NCBI GenBank assembly: GCA_965649765.1 | Contig: OZ287755.1 | Coordinates: 3,782,001 to 3,846,000 of the forward strand | Length of the DNA stretch: 64,000 nucleotides | DNA from: Bispira polyomma | Lineage: Eukaryota | Direction of reading: 5' to 3' | In this document: positions 39,451 to 52,960 of the stretch, piece after piece | How positions within the stretch are numbered: position 1 is the first letter of the stretch | Layout of the letters: each line of letters opens with the position of its first letter | Notes under the pieces: model-generated | What the model was told of the DNA's origin: nothing | What the model saw: the letters and a program-made list of their open reading frames with translations, nothing else | The model's database searches: none | Position numbers and translations under genes: made by a program

Positions 39451-39554
39451 TCAAATGCCTTAATGAAAGCCACAAAATTAAAATCTAGAAACATAATAGT
39501 GATGTGTACAAGCTGAGACATCTTGACTGTGAAAAAGGTCCCGAAGGGAAAGTA

Positions 39555-41460
39555 ATTGTATTGTATTGTACATTTTTAACGAGCCTTATTGATGCTAGGC
39601 ATCTCCTAAGGCGCAACATTAGAATCAATTAGCGAATAGAAAAATTAAAAAAACATAGCCAGGTCATAATAATGGATGTAACAGCGCCCAGGTAGACGAC
39701 TATAGCTGATAGGTGAGCCGGAAGAGATAGGTAAAAGCTTTCTCCTAAATCCCCAAATTGTTTTAAGCAGTCTAAGCTTAACTGGAAGGCTGTTCCATAA
39801 CATAGGGGTGGCGACCAAGAAGGCTCTAGATCCAACCCTTTTGGTGGTTTTTTAGAGGAAACAGAGAATCTCTTTCACCTTTTAAGGCTGCTGAAGGAGA
39901 GTTTTGTAGTGAGGTAGTTGAGAGACAACAGCTTTAAAGGTGATTGCGTGCATTTAAAACATGATCCGATAGTCAATAGGAAGCCAGTGGAGTTTCTTAA
40001 GGTATAGAGTGTCATTAGTATGGATTCCCAAACGAAAGATGCCCCTACATAGATAGTTTTGAATGGACTGCAACATGTTTATGTGGGACTTATTAGCTCC
40101 ATACAGAAGATAATTACAGTAGTCAAGGTGGCTACTTACAAGAGCGTTGACTACAGTGATAGCAGTTTTGAGTGACAGATGATTTTTGATTCTTTTAAGG
40201 TCCAAAATGTTTTAGTAACAGGAGCCGCAGATGTTGTTAATGTAAGGAAGAAATGAAAAATCAAGGTCGATAGTGACACCTAGGGTTTTGACCTGGTCTA
40301 AAGGTTGAATATCATTGCCCAGTAGTGTGATTGGGAAAAGCGATCTTAACTGTGTTTTGTGAGGCCAATTAGGATGAATTCAGTTTTATCTGGGTTAAAT
40401 TTCAGTTTGGAGTAGTTCATCCACGCTTGAACTGAGGACAAACATTCGGCAAGTAAATCCAGGTTGTTTCCGGCATTATGAGAGAGAGAGGGTAGAGTGT
40501 AGAGTGTAAAAAGTAGAGGTCCGAGAACGGACCCTGGGGTACTCTGAAAGGTAGATTAAAAGAGGATGAAAAATGGTCGCCCAATTTCATTTTGGGTGTT
40601 CTAAGTGATAGGTACGATTCAATCTAATCAAGGACAGTACCATTAAGACCAAACCACTGTTTTAGTGTGTCAAAGAGTGAGCCATGGTCGATGGTATCAA
40701 AAGCTGTGAAGAGATCGAGAAGGGTGAGAGCTACAGTTTTATCACGATTCAAGGCAAAGTTAATGTCATCACTCATTAAAAGGAGGACACTCTCCGTGGA
40801 GTGAAATTTTCTGTATGCAGATTGGTGGGAGTTAGCTGGGTTTTCTTTATTAAAGTGGTCATGGATTTATTTAGCAACAGCTTTCCCAATAAGTTTAGAT
40901 ACAAAGTTGAGGTTAGAGACTGGTCTATAGTTTTTTAGCCCATTCTGTCAAGGCCTGATTTTTTCAGCAAGGGGGCAACATATGCGGTTTTGAAACAAGA
41001 CGGAAATATAACATCTCTAAGCGAAATATTTATGATGTTGGTGATAGGACTTATGAGAATGTCTAGACATTCATTGAGAATAGTGGCAGGGATAGGATCC
41101 AGGTCACCGGATTTGATAGCATTGGAATTTATGAGTTTAAGAACTTCGTTCTCCGTAAGTCAGTTAAAATGTAGCAGATGTGAAACTTTATAGCAAGGGG
41201 ATGGTGTAGAAAACTGTAGCATTGTTGAAAAACCTTTTCAAATGTTTCTGCAAGAAAGGTGAAGCAATGATTATCAGGCAAAACTTGTTCAGCTGTGCGG
41301 TGGAGTATTTTATTTATAGAGCTCCATAACCTTTTCTGTGAGTTTGAATTCTCATTGATGATTGAATAATAGTGCTCTAATTTGACTCTGTTCATTAGCT
41401 CATTAAAATGGTTTGTGGCGATTTTGTAGCGCTTCCTGTCAAGTGTTGATTTACTTCGTA
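39555..41460 (-). mobile_element. L2/CR1 LINE, 5'-truncated ORF2 with 3' tail
   Basis: YRPVSNLNFVSK, FHSTES, LLDL.TAFDTIDH, VNALVSSHLDYCN.LL.G, LKKLHWLPIDYRIMF; tail ending in (ACAAT)n. Confidence 0.88.
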
Positions 41461-41464
41461 TAAA

Positions 41465-41682
41465 ATACAACCTAAGGCACAGTGCCAAATATGCGGTACA
41501 CAATGCTAAATATGCTGTACGACCAACTCCCACCCAAAAAGAAAAACAACAAAATTGACAAAAATACTTACTGAGTATGCAAGCGACACCAGCAAATACT
41601 ACCAGCAAATTTAAACACCTAAAACACAGTGCCAAATATGCAGTACACAGTGCTAAATATTCTGTACGACCCACTCCCGCCA
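41465..41682. repeat. Direct repeat, ~70 bp x2, with internal 21-bp subunits
   Basis: CACAGTGCCAAATATGC(G/A)GTACACA(A/G)TGCTAAATAT(G/T)CTGTACGACC at ~41477 and ~41624. Confidence 0.8.
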
Positions 41683-44600
41683 AAACGGAATGGACGATAA
41701 TAGACTAACTACTTATATGTATATATATAAAACATTAAATAAAGACAAAATTAGGTAAAAGTAGTAGAAAAATATATAGTAATGTTAATGCATAAAATGT
41801 GACATAAACAAGACTAATAAATTTTGTGTTGCATATCGTAATCAAATTTGTAAGGGGCTTTATCCAGTGAACGCTAAACGCCAACTCAACTAAGGACAAA
41901 TATAATTTCTATTGTAGTCACTGGTAAAGATTGCTTAACTTAACAACAAAAGTCAAATACTTCATTTCTTAGAATCACATTAGTACTTTTGCCAAGGAGG
42001 CTATGTTTTTCCTGTGTCCATTAGTTTCTTAAAGTTATGACGACATGGCATTTTTTGGTCTCCATTCAGATGATTGTTAGATATTTTGTAATGATAAAAT
42101 TTTATCTGATTCAAAAGGTTGATCAAAACCTATTTTATCTAGGGAAGCAACTGCTATGTTTCCTTCAAAAGAAGAAGGTTGATGTTTTCCCCGCTCTGAT
42201 CGTTGTGTTGGATTTATTTCTTGTGTGAATAGGATTGCATAAGAAATCTGAACCGATTTACATCAAATTTGGTGCAGACATAGAGCACAAACCATACAAA
42301 AATATATTTGATTTTGGAATGGATTTTTGTAAAAATAACACAATCAAGGTTTTTTTTACTGTGGCACCTCGGGGGTGGTGCGCACTCTAATGTGTGACAT
42401 TCTAGTTAAATTTATAGAGGACAATTTTCTATAAAAAAACAAAGCAATGTATCGCACTGTCATATTAATCAACAGTATAGCTGGCTTAACTGAATAACAT
42501 TACTCAAGTCACTTCATTCCTGACCATCACATGATTTTATTTGTACAAAGACTGTCTTCATTAAAACACAATCCCCATTAATTTTTTGTTACACTGTGTC
42601 ACCTTAGTGAAGGTATGTAGTCTACTCTGTGACACCGTCTAGTTTGGTTAATGAAAGTCTTCCTCAGAGACAATTTAATAAATAACAGTTTTATTCCATC
42701 AACAGTGCAGCTTTACCTTATTAAATTAAACTGACTAAATTTACCTGTTAAGTTACTTTATTGCTCAATGTCACATTATTCGATGATTAGAAGACTCTCT
42801 TGAGTAAACACGAAAATAGAGAGCCTTAACACGCCAAATCCACATTATTTACTGCTGCAGCACATCTTTAATTGACACCCAACCTTTATTTATTTCCACT
42901 TGTGACAAATGCACTGCATAAGTATCATGTTTTTTGGATGATGTTAGTAGAACTACACGAATATACAATTTTTTAGAGGTTCATTGGAATAAACTTTTTA
43001 CCATTGACAACTTTTACTTTAAATACCAGTAAGTTTAAATTGTCACACATGTCTCATTAGCTAAAATAAGTCAATTTAAGTTTACCTTAGTTAACAAGGT
43101 TGAGCAATGCAAATGTATTTTGCCAGTTGAACTCGCTAAGTGCTTTGGAAATTGGTTAATTAAAAACTCGAATATACTTTTTTGTTCAACATAAAGGCTA
43201 TAACCTTTTTTGTTGGTAGAACTATATTTAGTCATTATCATTTCTATGTTAATCTATAGCCCCACTAGGTTAATAATGTAATGTGTTATCCCAACACATT
43301 GAGAGTGAGACAGCAACATTCAATTCAGGTACCAGAAGCTTTACTAAATAGAAAAGGCATTTTGGTACATGGAGAAATAGTTTATCATGATTCACAAGAC
43401 CAAGTCCATCCCGTGAGGGACACATGCAACTGCTGCATCTTCCCTCTCACTAGAGAGACATATGTAACTCTTCGAGTGGTCCTTCAGTGTAACTTCTACT
43501 GGAAATGTTTTATCTCAGCTTGAAGAGCACCTCCTTGATATGTCCTTTTAATCCTTACTTATGACATACCAGGCAGGCTGTCGAGTCAAAACTTGATTAA
43601 TATTTTCTCGACTCAAATATGTTGTGTTAATTATTTTACCTTCAGGTTTTTTTTTGTTTTTTTTTTTTCTCATTTACTTTAAACCCCTTAGTTGATATTC
43701 CCTCTCTTTACTTGATGATCAACATTCACACATGAAACCTTATTTATAAATTGAGCCCACAACTTGTATTTTGCACACAACTCCTCTATAATTTTATACA
43801 GTGCAAATCAGGTTATGCAAATCTAACACAAATCTGCACAGATCAGTCTTATTTCATATCCTAATTTTCTACTCCCATAAAATGCTCAGACCTTTGTCTA
43901 ACATTGGCTTTTAACAGCTGTACATTATTATATATCATGAACGGCAGCTTGTTGATGGCTGTAACTAGTGCACCTTAGCTGTCAGGTGCAACTAAAGCTG
44001 ATATAATTAACATTCCGCCGACTACAGGTTCTGACATATATTAAGTGATGGGCCAGTCATGACAACCAATTTTGTCTAATGTAACTCTAACCCAAAACCC
44101 AGTCTAATTATTTTGTAATGCATATGTAGTAAAACTCGGACATAAAGCTAATGAAATAAACATTTATGGATGTGTTTCTTTCTATTCGAAATGAGTAAAT
44201 ATATATTTTTTTTTCCACATTTCTGAATACCGGTGCATGTAAAGCTAAATATGAGATAAAACCAAATGATAAACTTTAAAAAATATAGAATTTATTTGGG
44301 TTTTACGTCGACGGCCGAGATTAGTGGTGCGGAAAACCAGTGCTGCCACACTGTAAACCACCGACATGCTGCAAGTATTAAAAATGTTGAAACTGCATGT
44401 CACAACGTTTCAACAACATGCACATAGTTTACACAATATTAGAAATGACCTTTCACAACAGCCACTGTAACCTAGCAGGTAACATACTCACTATGGGGTG
44501 CAGAGGACCCAGGTTCGGTCCCACCATGGCGTGACCTGGTACAGGCAAACCCAAAGTGGTTTGAATGAGAGGGGTTTGGCAGGCTAAAAACATTTGGGTA

Positions 44601-47419
44601 TATTGGTAACTAGGAATAGTACTTTTTATGCAAATTTGGTCAGTGAATTTCTTTGGGGTACACTTTGTGTGTTTATAATCCTGGTGACAAAGAAAGGAAT
44701 GATTGGTCAGTTGTGATATGACTTGTTTGCAAGTCCTTTAATTAAGTGTTAAGCCATTATAATATATATTTGATGATAGCTCATGTAATCCAGTATTGAT
44801 TTCTCATTCTCACCTCTCTAATTGATATTGTAAACCTTAATAACCATTATATTTATACTTTATGTATGACAAATAAATAAATACGACTAAATGACACACA
44901 TTCAACAGGGAAGAGATATAAGTGATTGAACGGATTTTAAGGGGATAAAATCCTTCTTACAAAGCAAATGGAAATTCTTTTAAATCCTCCTGAAATTTTT
45001 CTATTTTTTTAGAAGACTATTTCAATGTAAAATAACTCCAAAGCCATGGACAAACCTGCATATGACACTTAAAAATCAGTTAATCAACTTTTACTTAGTG
45101 CACAAATGAATCTACTGTGCCAAATAACAACAGGCACTACCATGATAATTTATCCAATTTATCCTATGCAAGCAATCAACATGGATCTTTTGACGGTTCA
45201 AAATTTATAACTTGATATGGCCAAGTTATAAATATCGCTGCTATCTAAGGCTCTTTGACATTATTACCACGGCCTGTGTTCTACTTGTCGACCAATTATT
45301 CACTCTCAGCTCCCTGAGGAAGCAAACTAGCCATGCTGCCACATATATGGTGCAAACACCCATTAGTGGCCTTTATACATCTGGCCAGTTAGAGACAACT
45401 TTGAGTAAAGTACTCTGTTTAAGGGTACAATGACCAGGCCAGCAGCGATGATTGAACCTGGACCCTGAGATCCATCAGATCCAAAGCCTGACTCTCTACT
45501 TGTCTGCTATGAATTCTGGGAAATGGCCACCTCATAGTTGCTTCAATAAGTAATGTACTGGAATTTTTTTACTAAATACTGTGTGATTAAAAGGTCAAGT
45601 ATGTAAGTCATCATATTGCTGCTTTATGTGATTGGCAAACATAGCACAAAACCTCTCTATTATATCTTGAGCCTCGGTGGTGTTGTGGTAACATACTTGA
45701 GTCCCACTTTTTTTCGAAATCCCTGACTAACTACACACCTGTTCCGATTTCCTCCATCAATGAATTGCCTCACATGATATCTTTTGAAAACGACATTAAA
45801 CCAAAACCAATTCTAAACCAGGAAATATTGGAAACTTCCCAAATATCTTCTTATATTTTCTCAAACATCCTTGCCCAAGGCACATGCTTTTGGAATCACA
45901 CACAGTTTGTCTTTGCTTAGAGCATGGCTATCTTTGCGAACTCCCCTGGTTAATCAATTCTGTTGTTAGAAGATGCCCAGTATGAACAATGTGTGTCACA
46001 AATTCTCAGAATAGAATTAAACACCATTTAAGATATTAAATCAAGTCAAATTTACAAAGAACCCAATCTTAATACTCCAATTATAATGGCATGAATAAAC
46101 TTTAAATAAAATTATAAATCCAAGAGACAGAGAATAAATGTGATCACCAAGAAGACATCAGTGATTTGACGCAGGACTAATGTATAGAAGATAGGCCTCA
46201 AGTGAACATACAAAAAACTGAGAGACCGACTTGGACCATTAAGTCTGACTATGGTGGGTTATGTCGATGGTTTAAAGTGGTTTCAGCACAGGTTTCCTCC
46301 ACCATTGAATTTGACTGTCGCAATATGGCCTATGTTCCTAAAAGTGACGTATAAACCACAACTAAATGGACAATCATGAAGCAAAAGTAGCCTTGGAATG
46401 GATTTAAGATAGCTATAGAACTATATGATTCAAAAACTGTGATACTAAGGGATAATTTAACAGCACTGTTGCCACCTAGCATGTTAGCAGAACAATTGAA
46501 TACCCTAGAAATGGGGTCCTAATAACTCTTACAAAAACAGTACGGATTTGTCATGAAAGTGGCTTGTGTTGAAATAATGAGATAATGGATGCAATTTTAG
46601 ATCATCGGTCATAAGTAAGCAACTCTAGGTTTTAATGCTTAAGGCCAAAATTCATCACAAAACGTTTTCATTTGATTTAGAGCAATTTTTCGAAAATATA
46701 TATGGTGCGCTTTTACTAAAAATAAATTTTACATTTTTTACATATTACAAGTTAATAAGTTTAGACATTTAAGATTAATTAACAAAGAAAATATGTATCA
46801 ATATATTGTAAATTAGTGAAATTGTCGTCCAAGTTCTAGATCATTTTGTCAGATACTTCATGGATGCTGGTGGTTCACTGTAAATTTGTGATATGACCAA
46901 ACTTGTTGATAGTGATGTCAACCCTAAATAAACAAAACTTAATCATTTGCCAGGATATACAACATACAATACAATATACAATACAATATACTATGTTTAC
47001 TGCTAAATTTATATTTCTATCTCTAGGTACAAACTTTCCACAATGCATTGATGCACAAGTGTGGCAAAAAACCTTATTACTTTAATAGGCATCACTTGCA
47101 AAATAAGTTTATAATTTAATGATTACAATGTTTGATCTAAATAATGCCATATTCTAAGTTTAGTTAGAGCTGCAATAGTATCATAATAACACACTCGCCT
47201 TCCAGCATCGTGGGCTCTAATCCTGTGAACATATTCACAAAATCTCTTCAGCTTAATATTTATGTCGTAAATGTTTAAGACTGTCTGCTGTTTATCTTAC
47301 AAGTGAAAACTGAAACAACCACCAATAGTAAATAGTGATGTTACAAACAAAGTGATCTACAAATTATCTTGATTATGTAAAAAGGAACGGCTGATGGCAA
47401 AGGAAATGTATTTATTTGA

Positions 47420-47632
47420 ATTGATTTGGGTTTAAATCACTTTTAACAGCTTTGGTCATGTTGTGACAACCAGGATTAGTGGTCGGGGAAAACAGTGCTG
47501 AGGCAACAACTGACCTATGCCAATTACCTCAAGCGTTTTCATATGAGAAGGAATGTGTGGGATTCAATCCCCAGGTGAGAAGTCACAGATTTTAAAGCAG
47601 ACGCTTAGAACAACTCGGTCACTGAGACTCTA
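47420..47632 (-). mobile_element. tRNA-derived SINE (family of 2135-2360)
   Basis: Reverse complement has GTGACCGAGTTG (A box), GGATTGAATCCC (B box) and ATGACCAAAGCTGTTAAAAGTG..AAACCCAAAT tail. Confidence 0.7.
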
Positions 47633-48977
47633 ACACCAAATAAAGACTGATAAATAACATTACTCCCACTGTAGGCCACACCATAGAATGCTGAGTTTAA
47701 TTCCCATTGGAGAAATTGATGACAATTTTACTAAAATTAAACCACCTTTTACCAACATAATCCCTTTACCAAGGAGTTTATGTTTGTTACCCATGTCTTT
47801 TTGTTTTGACACCAAAGCATACTCCTAAACCAATTGATAGGAAGATCAGACAAACCAGCGAATCACCAGCAATAGGAATAAAACTATTGCACCATAAAGA
47901 AACTAAGTGAATAATCAAAATGTAAAATAACAAAATATGTATCAGTCATGGTTTTCTTTCTTTACATATCAACGAAAAACGAGAAATTAACATTTTAAAA
48001 TATTATTACATACATCATAGATGGCCCACAAAATTTGTAACAACTAACTGACAAAACGTATATATTTGACCATTATTTTTCTCATTTCAAGTTATATTAG
48101 CATTTCAATGTGTAATATGTAGGACAAACTCATTTTATAATATTGGATGACTATTTGGAGCCAACACTATTAATTAATGGCGACTTTTTGCAGTCGTGAC
48201 ATCTCCATCGATTAACAGAAAATCTGTTGAAGGTTAATTTATTACTGTGGCATTTTCGCAGAGGTATGCATTGTACTGTGTGACCTTTTGGAAGTTGTGA
48301 AGATAAGATAGTTGGTAATGTTCAATAACACAAAACAAACCATAATATATGGAGATTATTACAATACAAAAACAAAGAGTATATAGCCACCAAAGTCAAG
48401 CCAAATTATTTTTGGGGGTAAAAAAAATCATTATTTTACAGCTTTGTTTTTTAATTTTAAATGTATCTTTGGATGGTGTTTTATACTCAGCAAATGGTCC
48501 ATGTTCCTTTCCTTCAACAAAGGACTTGTTAATTGGTTGAGTAATTTTTATATATAATGTCCTGATGAATCAAAACAAAAACAAACAAAGCAACAGGAGC
48601 TGAAACAAAAAAAAACGTAACATTTTTGGTGTTCTATTTTTAACATGCTATATTGATATGAGGCATCTGCTGAAGTGCAACAATAGAATCAAATAATCGA
48701 TGGAGAATTAAAAAAAACATAGTCTGGTCATAAGGAAGGATGTGCAGGTATACAGAGGTGGAACTAAGGCGCGGGGGGGGGGGGGGGGGTAGGCGAGTTT
48801 GAGAATATAGGTTTTAAGTTTTTCTCCTAGAAAGTGTTTCCGGTGATCTGTGCTCCATTGGGAGAATCTTGCAAAATCCTTCTTGTTAGGTTTAACAGTC
48901 TAAAGTAAAACAGTCTTTAGCAAAAGAGTGCATATATTTAAGATTAAATTTTAAAACCCCAAGCCCTATATACTTAC

Positions 48978-49394
48978 TTTTCTGTCAGGTATGGCTCCAG
49001 GGATAGATAGCACACCCTTATCCCAACTGCCATCCAATTTCTCATATATCACATTTACATCATAGCACATAACACGAGACCCAGAAGCGACAGTACCTGG
49101 CCGCTTCAACCTTTGGAGATTGTTTATCTTGGGATTAGTCTCCATTTGTTCTTTTACTGTCGCTTTGCTAAACCCCAGGTTATCTGTGTTGTTTTGTCTA
49201 AGTGTAGCCAAGTGATGCTTGCTTTTATCTGACCTAATCAGGCTAATAACGAGACACTTGGTGAGGACAGTCCTGGGGGAATGGCGGTAAGGCACGAGGT
49301 ACAGTGACATGAAGATGACTGCCAACAGGAGACCCAGCCCAACTGCGGTGAGGCTTGTCACTAGTACACAGAGTGGATAGCGGCACTCACCCAT
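48978..49394 (-). CDS. BK-channel beta-subunit-like (KCNMB/CaKB family) protein, first coding exon
   Basis: MGECRYPLC..TM1..LVPYRHSPRTVLTKCLV resembles KCNMB1 GETRALC..LPLYQKSVWTQESKC. Also CYDVNV. Ends AAA|GTAAGT in phase 0, matching the acceptor at 29231. Confidence 0.8.
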
Positions 49395-52285
49395 AACCCT
49401 CCCAACTGTCGGGTGGACAAATATTGAAACTGTGCTACCGATTGGCTTATAAAAGGGTCATAGAATATATGACTCAAAAGTGTCATAGATTGGCTCATTA
49501 AAAGTTGTGAGTGTTACAAGTGTGTGGACAACTGGTTTACTGGGTAAACACATCTATAACATTCTCATAAATCCTGTAGTGGAGGCTGGATTGGACAATA
49601 TTTTGTTAACTTCAAGCCACAGATTAGCTCATCAAATAAGTAATAGGTACTTTCACACAGTATATATAGTTCACAGCTGACAGTGTCATTGCAAAAGTGT
49701 CACCAGCTAACTTTACAAAGTAGTACCTTGCGGTGACGGCAGATGGGAGGAAATGTGCCACTGATTGGCTAATGAAAGCATTACACACTATAATGACTTA
49801 CATGTGTTATCAATACCATCAAATAAAACAATATGCAGACACTTTATACAGTTTTCATCCTTGGTAACTATTACAAAAAATAATCCTCTGATTGTGCTTT
49901 TTGTATATTTCGTTATTAAAATGACTGTTATGAACACTTATTTCTAATTATCCTCAAATCCATGCTGATTATTTTTGTTTTCAGATAAGTTTATCACATT
50001 ATATCCATGGTTTAAATCTTGCTTTGTCCAAAGTTAGGCTGTGTTATTTCTTTCTTCTGCTGCTCACACACAGACACACACACACAGGGTGAAAAATGGC
50101 CACATGCTTATATAGCTGTCAGGTGATTTTACCCGCTGTTCTAGATATCAGTACATTGACCTTCTACACTGATTCCCCCCTCATTTTTTCCTCCAAATAA
50201 CTAAATCTAGGGACATGTTCTAGGACTTGTCACATTAATGCAGTTCCATTATGATTACAAGTGTGTGTGACTAGTATTAGATCAGCCACACCCCACATTA
50301 ATGTGTTTTGTGTGGCAGAAGAGCTTTTAACTGTTTATTTTGCGTATTTACTGGACCTATTTATTGGAGATAGATGGAGAGCCATTCCATCTGTTGTTTT
50401 AACACTGTAGAAGTGGCATTTTACACTAAGGGATTTACTTTTAGCTATTTTTAGCTGATGCACTACATACTAAGTACAAATTAATATGCCCCTGTGATGA
50501 GTATAAAATTAATACTGTTTTATCTTGTGGCTAAAAGACGATGGCCAAAAGTGAAAATTACTCTCAGTGAATTGTTCAAAAAACAGTAATTAACGTTCTT
50601 ACACCAATGTGGGCTCAAAAGAATAACATAGCAATCTTCAGTATTGAACTTAATATCTCCATTGAGGAGGTTATGTTTTTTATAACCAGGCTCCATGGGT
50701 TTCTTCCACCATTGAATCTGGCCATCGTAATATGACCTAATCCGTTGACAGTGAGGTAAAATAGAACCAAATTCAAAATTATAATTCAAAATAAGAATAT
50801 TCGTAAAACAGAAGACACTTGTCTTTGTCTGGTACAGTACGAAAACAGAACTGAAAACAGAGTGAAATTGAATTTAAAGATTTACAAAATATGTTTGGAA
50901 CAAAATAACATGATGACAGCATTTAGTGTAGTGACATTACAGGGACATTAAACAATGTTGAAATAATCCTTTTCCTTTTCTTTTGTGATGTAGACATGTC
51001 ACGCAAAATAAATTGACATGTTTATTCTGCAAATCAAGACCCAAGAAATCTTTTTGATCATTTTTTACCCCATCTGCATGCAAATAAATTTACTCCAAAA
51101 TTGTGTGAAGCCAGGTTATTTATCACATTTAAAGAAGAAAAAATATATGAACAAAAAACCTTGTAAGTTGTCATCAATCGGTTGTTTATATTTCATAATG
51201 CCTCCTTGGAATGATTTCTGATTAGACCCACAACCTTTTGATATTTTTTTTTTTCTGATTACTGTTACTATTTGCTTTTTTAAAAGACCGACTTCTTTTA
51301 GTAAGAAAACAAATAGTTTTTCAGGGAAGGCAGACCAGATCTACTTGTATTTATAGTAAGCAAAACTTGCATGATATACTCTGTACACTAAATGAATGGT
51401 GTGTGAAATATAATATACAATTAAATTAACACAAATCCAAATTTGTAGATTTTAGAAAAAATATGTCCTTCCGAGTGAATTTCATTTTAGAATAGGGTTT
51501 AGTGAACTATTGTATGAATGTGACTATAAATATTTAGGTGTATTGATGTATGAGTTTGGTGATTATTGTAACATAGACGAAATTGCAGATTTAAATGAAA
51601 TTACATTGCCAAAAGAATTATTTAAGTATCCAGTATTTTAGGGAAAAGTACATCAAAAGGCATGCAGAAGAAGATAGGAAATGCTGTATATTTAAATTAT
51701 TCTATATATGTACTGATATTTATAAGTGATTCAAATGGTGTGAATGTAATCTGTATGTAACGCTAAAAACGGTAATCTGTATGTAACCATTTTTATCATT
51801 ATATTCTGGTCTGTTTCACCAAACTGCAATCTGTATGTAATAATTCTGTTGTAATTATATGCTACTCTATTTCAAATAACTTTAACATTGCTGTTATTTC
51901 TAATAGTGACTAATAAGTCTTAATGGTTAGGTGTTCTTTCATATTTTATCTTTGACAAACCTACAATGAAGTTATTATTTATGTGATATACACTAGTTAC
52001 TGATATCAAATATTATTACTGTAGAGGTGGAAATTCAAGATGGAAGAAAATCTATCTAATTTAGTGGTTTCAATGAAATTCACTAGAATTTTTTTTTTTC
52101 CATTATTAACCATTTTTTTACTTAAACAGTAATAATAATTAAAATAGTTAAATTAAATACGAAAATTAATTGCCATTGGCTATCCCCACCATTGGATCTG
52201 GTTGTCATATGACCTGAGTGGTTGAAAGTGACAAAAAACCTAACTGAAAGTGTAAATAATGTTCAGTGTTCAAGGCCATTAATAG

Positions 52286-52495
52286 GGCCACGGTGGCCTA
52301 GTGGTTAGCAAGCATTGTGCTTCACAATCACTGGTCTCTCACCTGGGTGGCGTGAGTTCGAATCCTGTCGATGCCTATGTGGGAAAGGTGGTAGTTCCTT
52401 ACTGTGGGCCGCTGGTTTCAGTGCAGAACCTTGATCAACTGTATGCAGTGTTTCCTCCAGCGTTTCCAACTACCCGTCCCAATATAACCTAAACA
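52286..52495 (+). mobile_element. tRNA-derived SINE
   Basis: GGTGGCCTAGTGG A box; GAGTTCGAATCC B box. Confidence 0.75.
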
Positions 52496-52639
52496 GGTTC
52501 AATGCCATTTACTAGCTAAATAGCTAAATTCATTGGTAGTAAAAAAGATTTTATTTTATGCTTAAATTGGACTTCCATTTTTACCCTTCAAATAGAAATC
52601 TCATAAACGAAAAAAATGTTTATTTTTTTTTTAATCTAA

Positions 52640-52960
52640 GACTTAGTTTGGTTTAAATCCTTACGACCCCTTGGTTGTTGACAAGCTATTACTCCCAGAA
52701 CCAAGCGACACTCCAAAAATATCATTTGAAATGAAATAGTACATTTGTTTTAGCGCACTAAAAGAACACAGGGTCCTTTCAAATGCGCTTCCTCATCGAC
52801 AGCCACTATGGTCGCTGAGGTCCTTACGGATGACCATTTATAAACGTCCCAAAGGATCTTTAATCTACCACTGGAGATATTACTCAGTGACAGAGGACCG
52901 CCACTTTAAGTGGTCATCCGAGCCACTAGGCAAACTTGTGTTCACATCTTGCCTAAGAAT
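52640..52960 (-). mobile_element. SINE with core resembling the widespread invertebrate 'Meta' domain
   Basis: Plus strand GGATCTTTAA....CAC...GGACCGCC.CTTTAAGTGGTCATCCGA resembles the recalled core pattern; not verified. Confidence 0.35.

Noticed and set aside
41129-41683. 184-aa ORF with a hydrophobic repeated N-terminus
   Set aside because: A chance fusion of a direct repeat to an L2 ORF2 fragment.
52286-52375. tRNA gene
   Set aside because: A and B boxes are present, but there is no cloverleaf and it continues into a SINE body.
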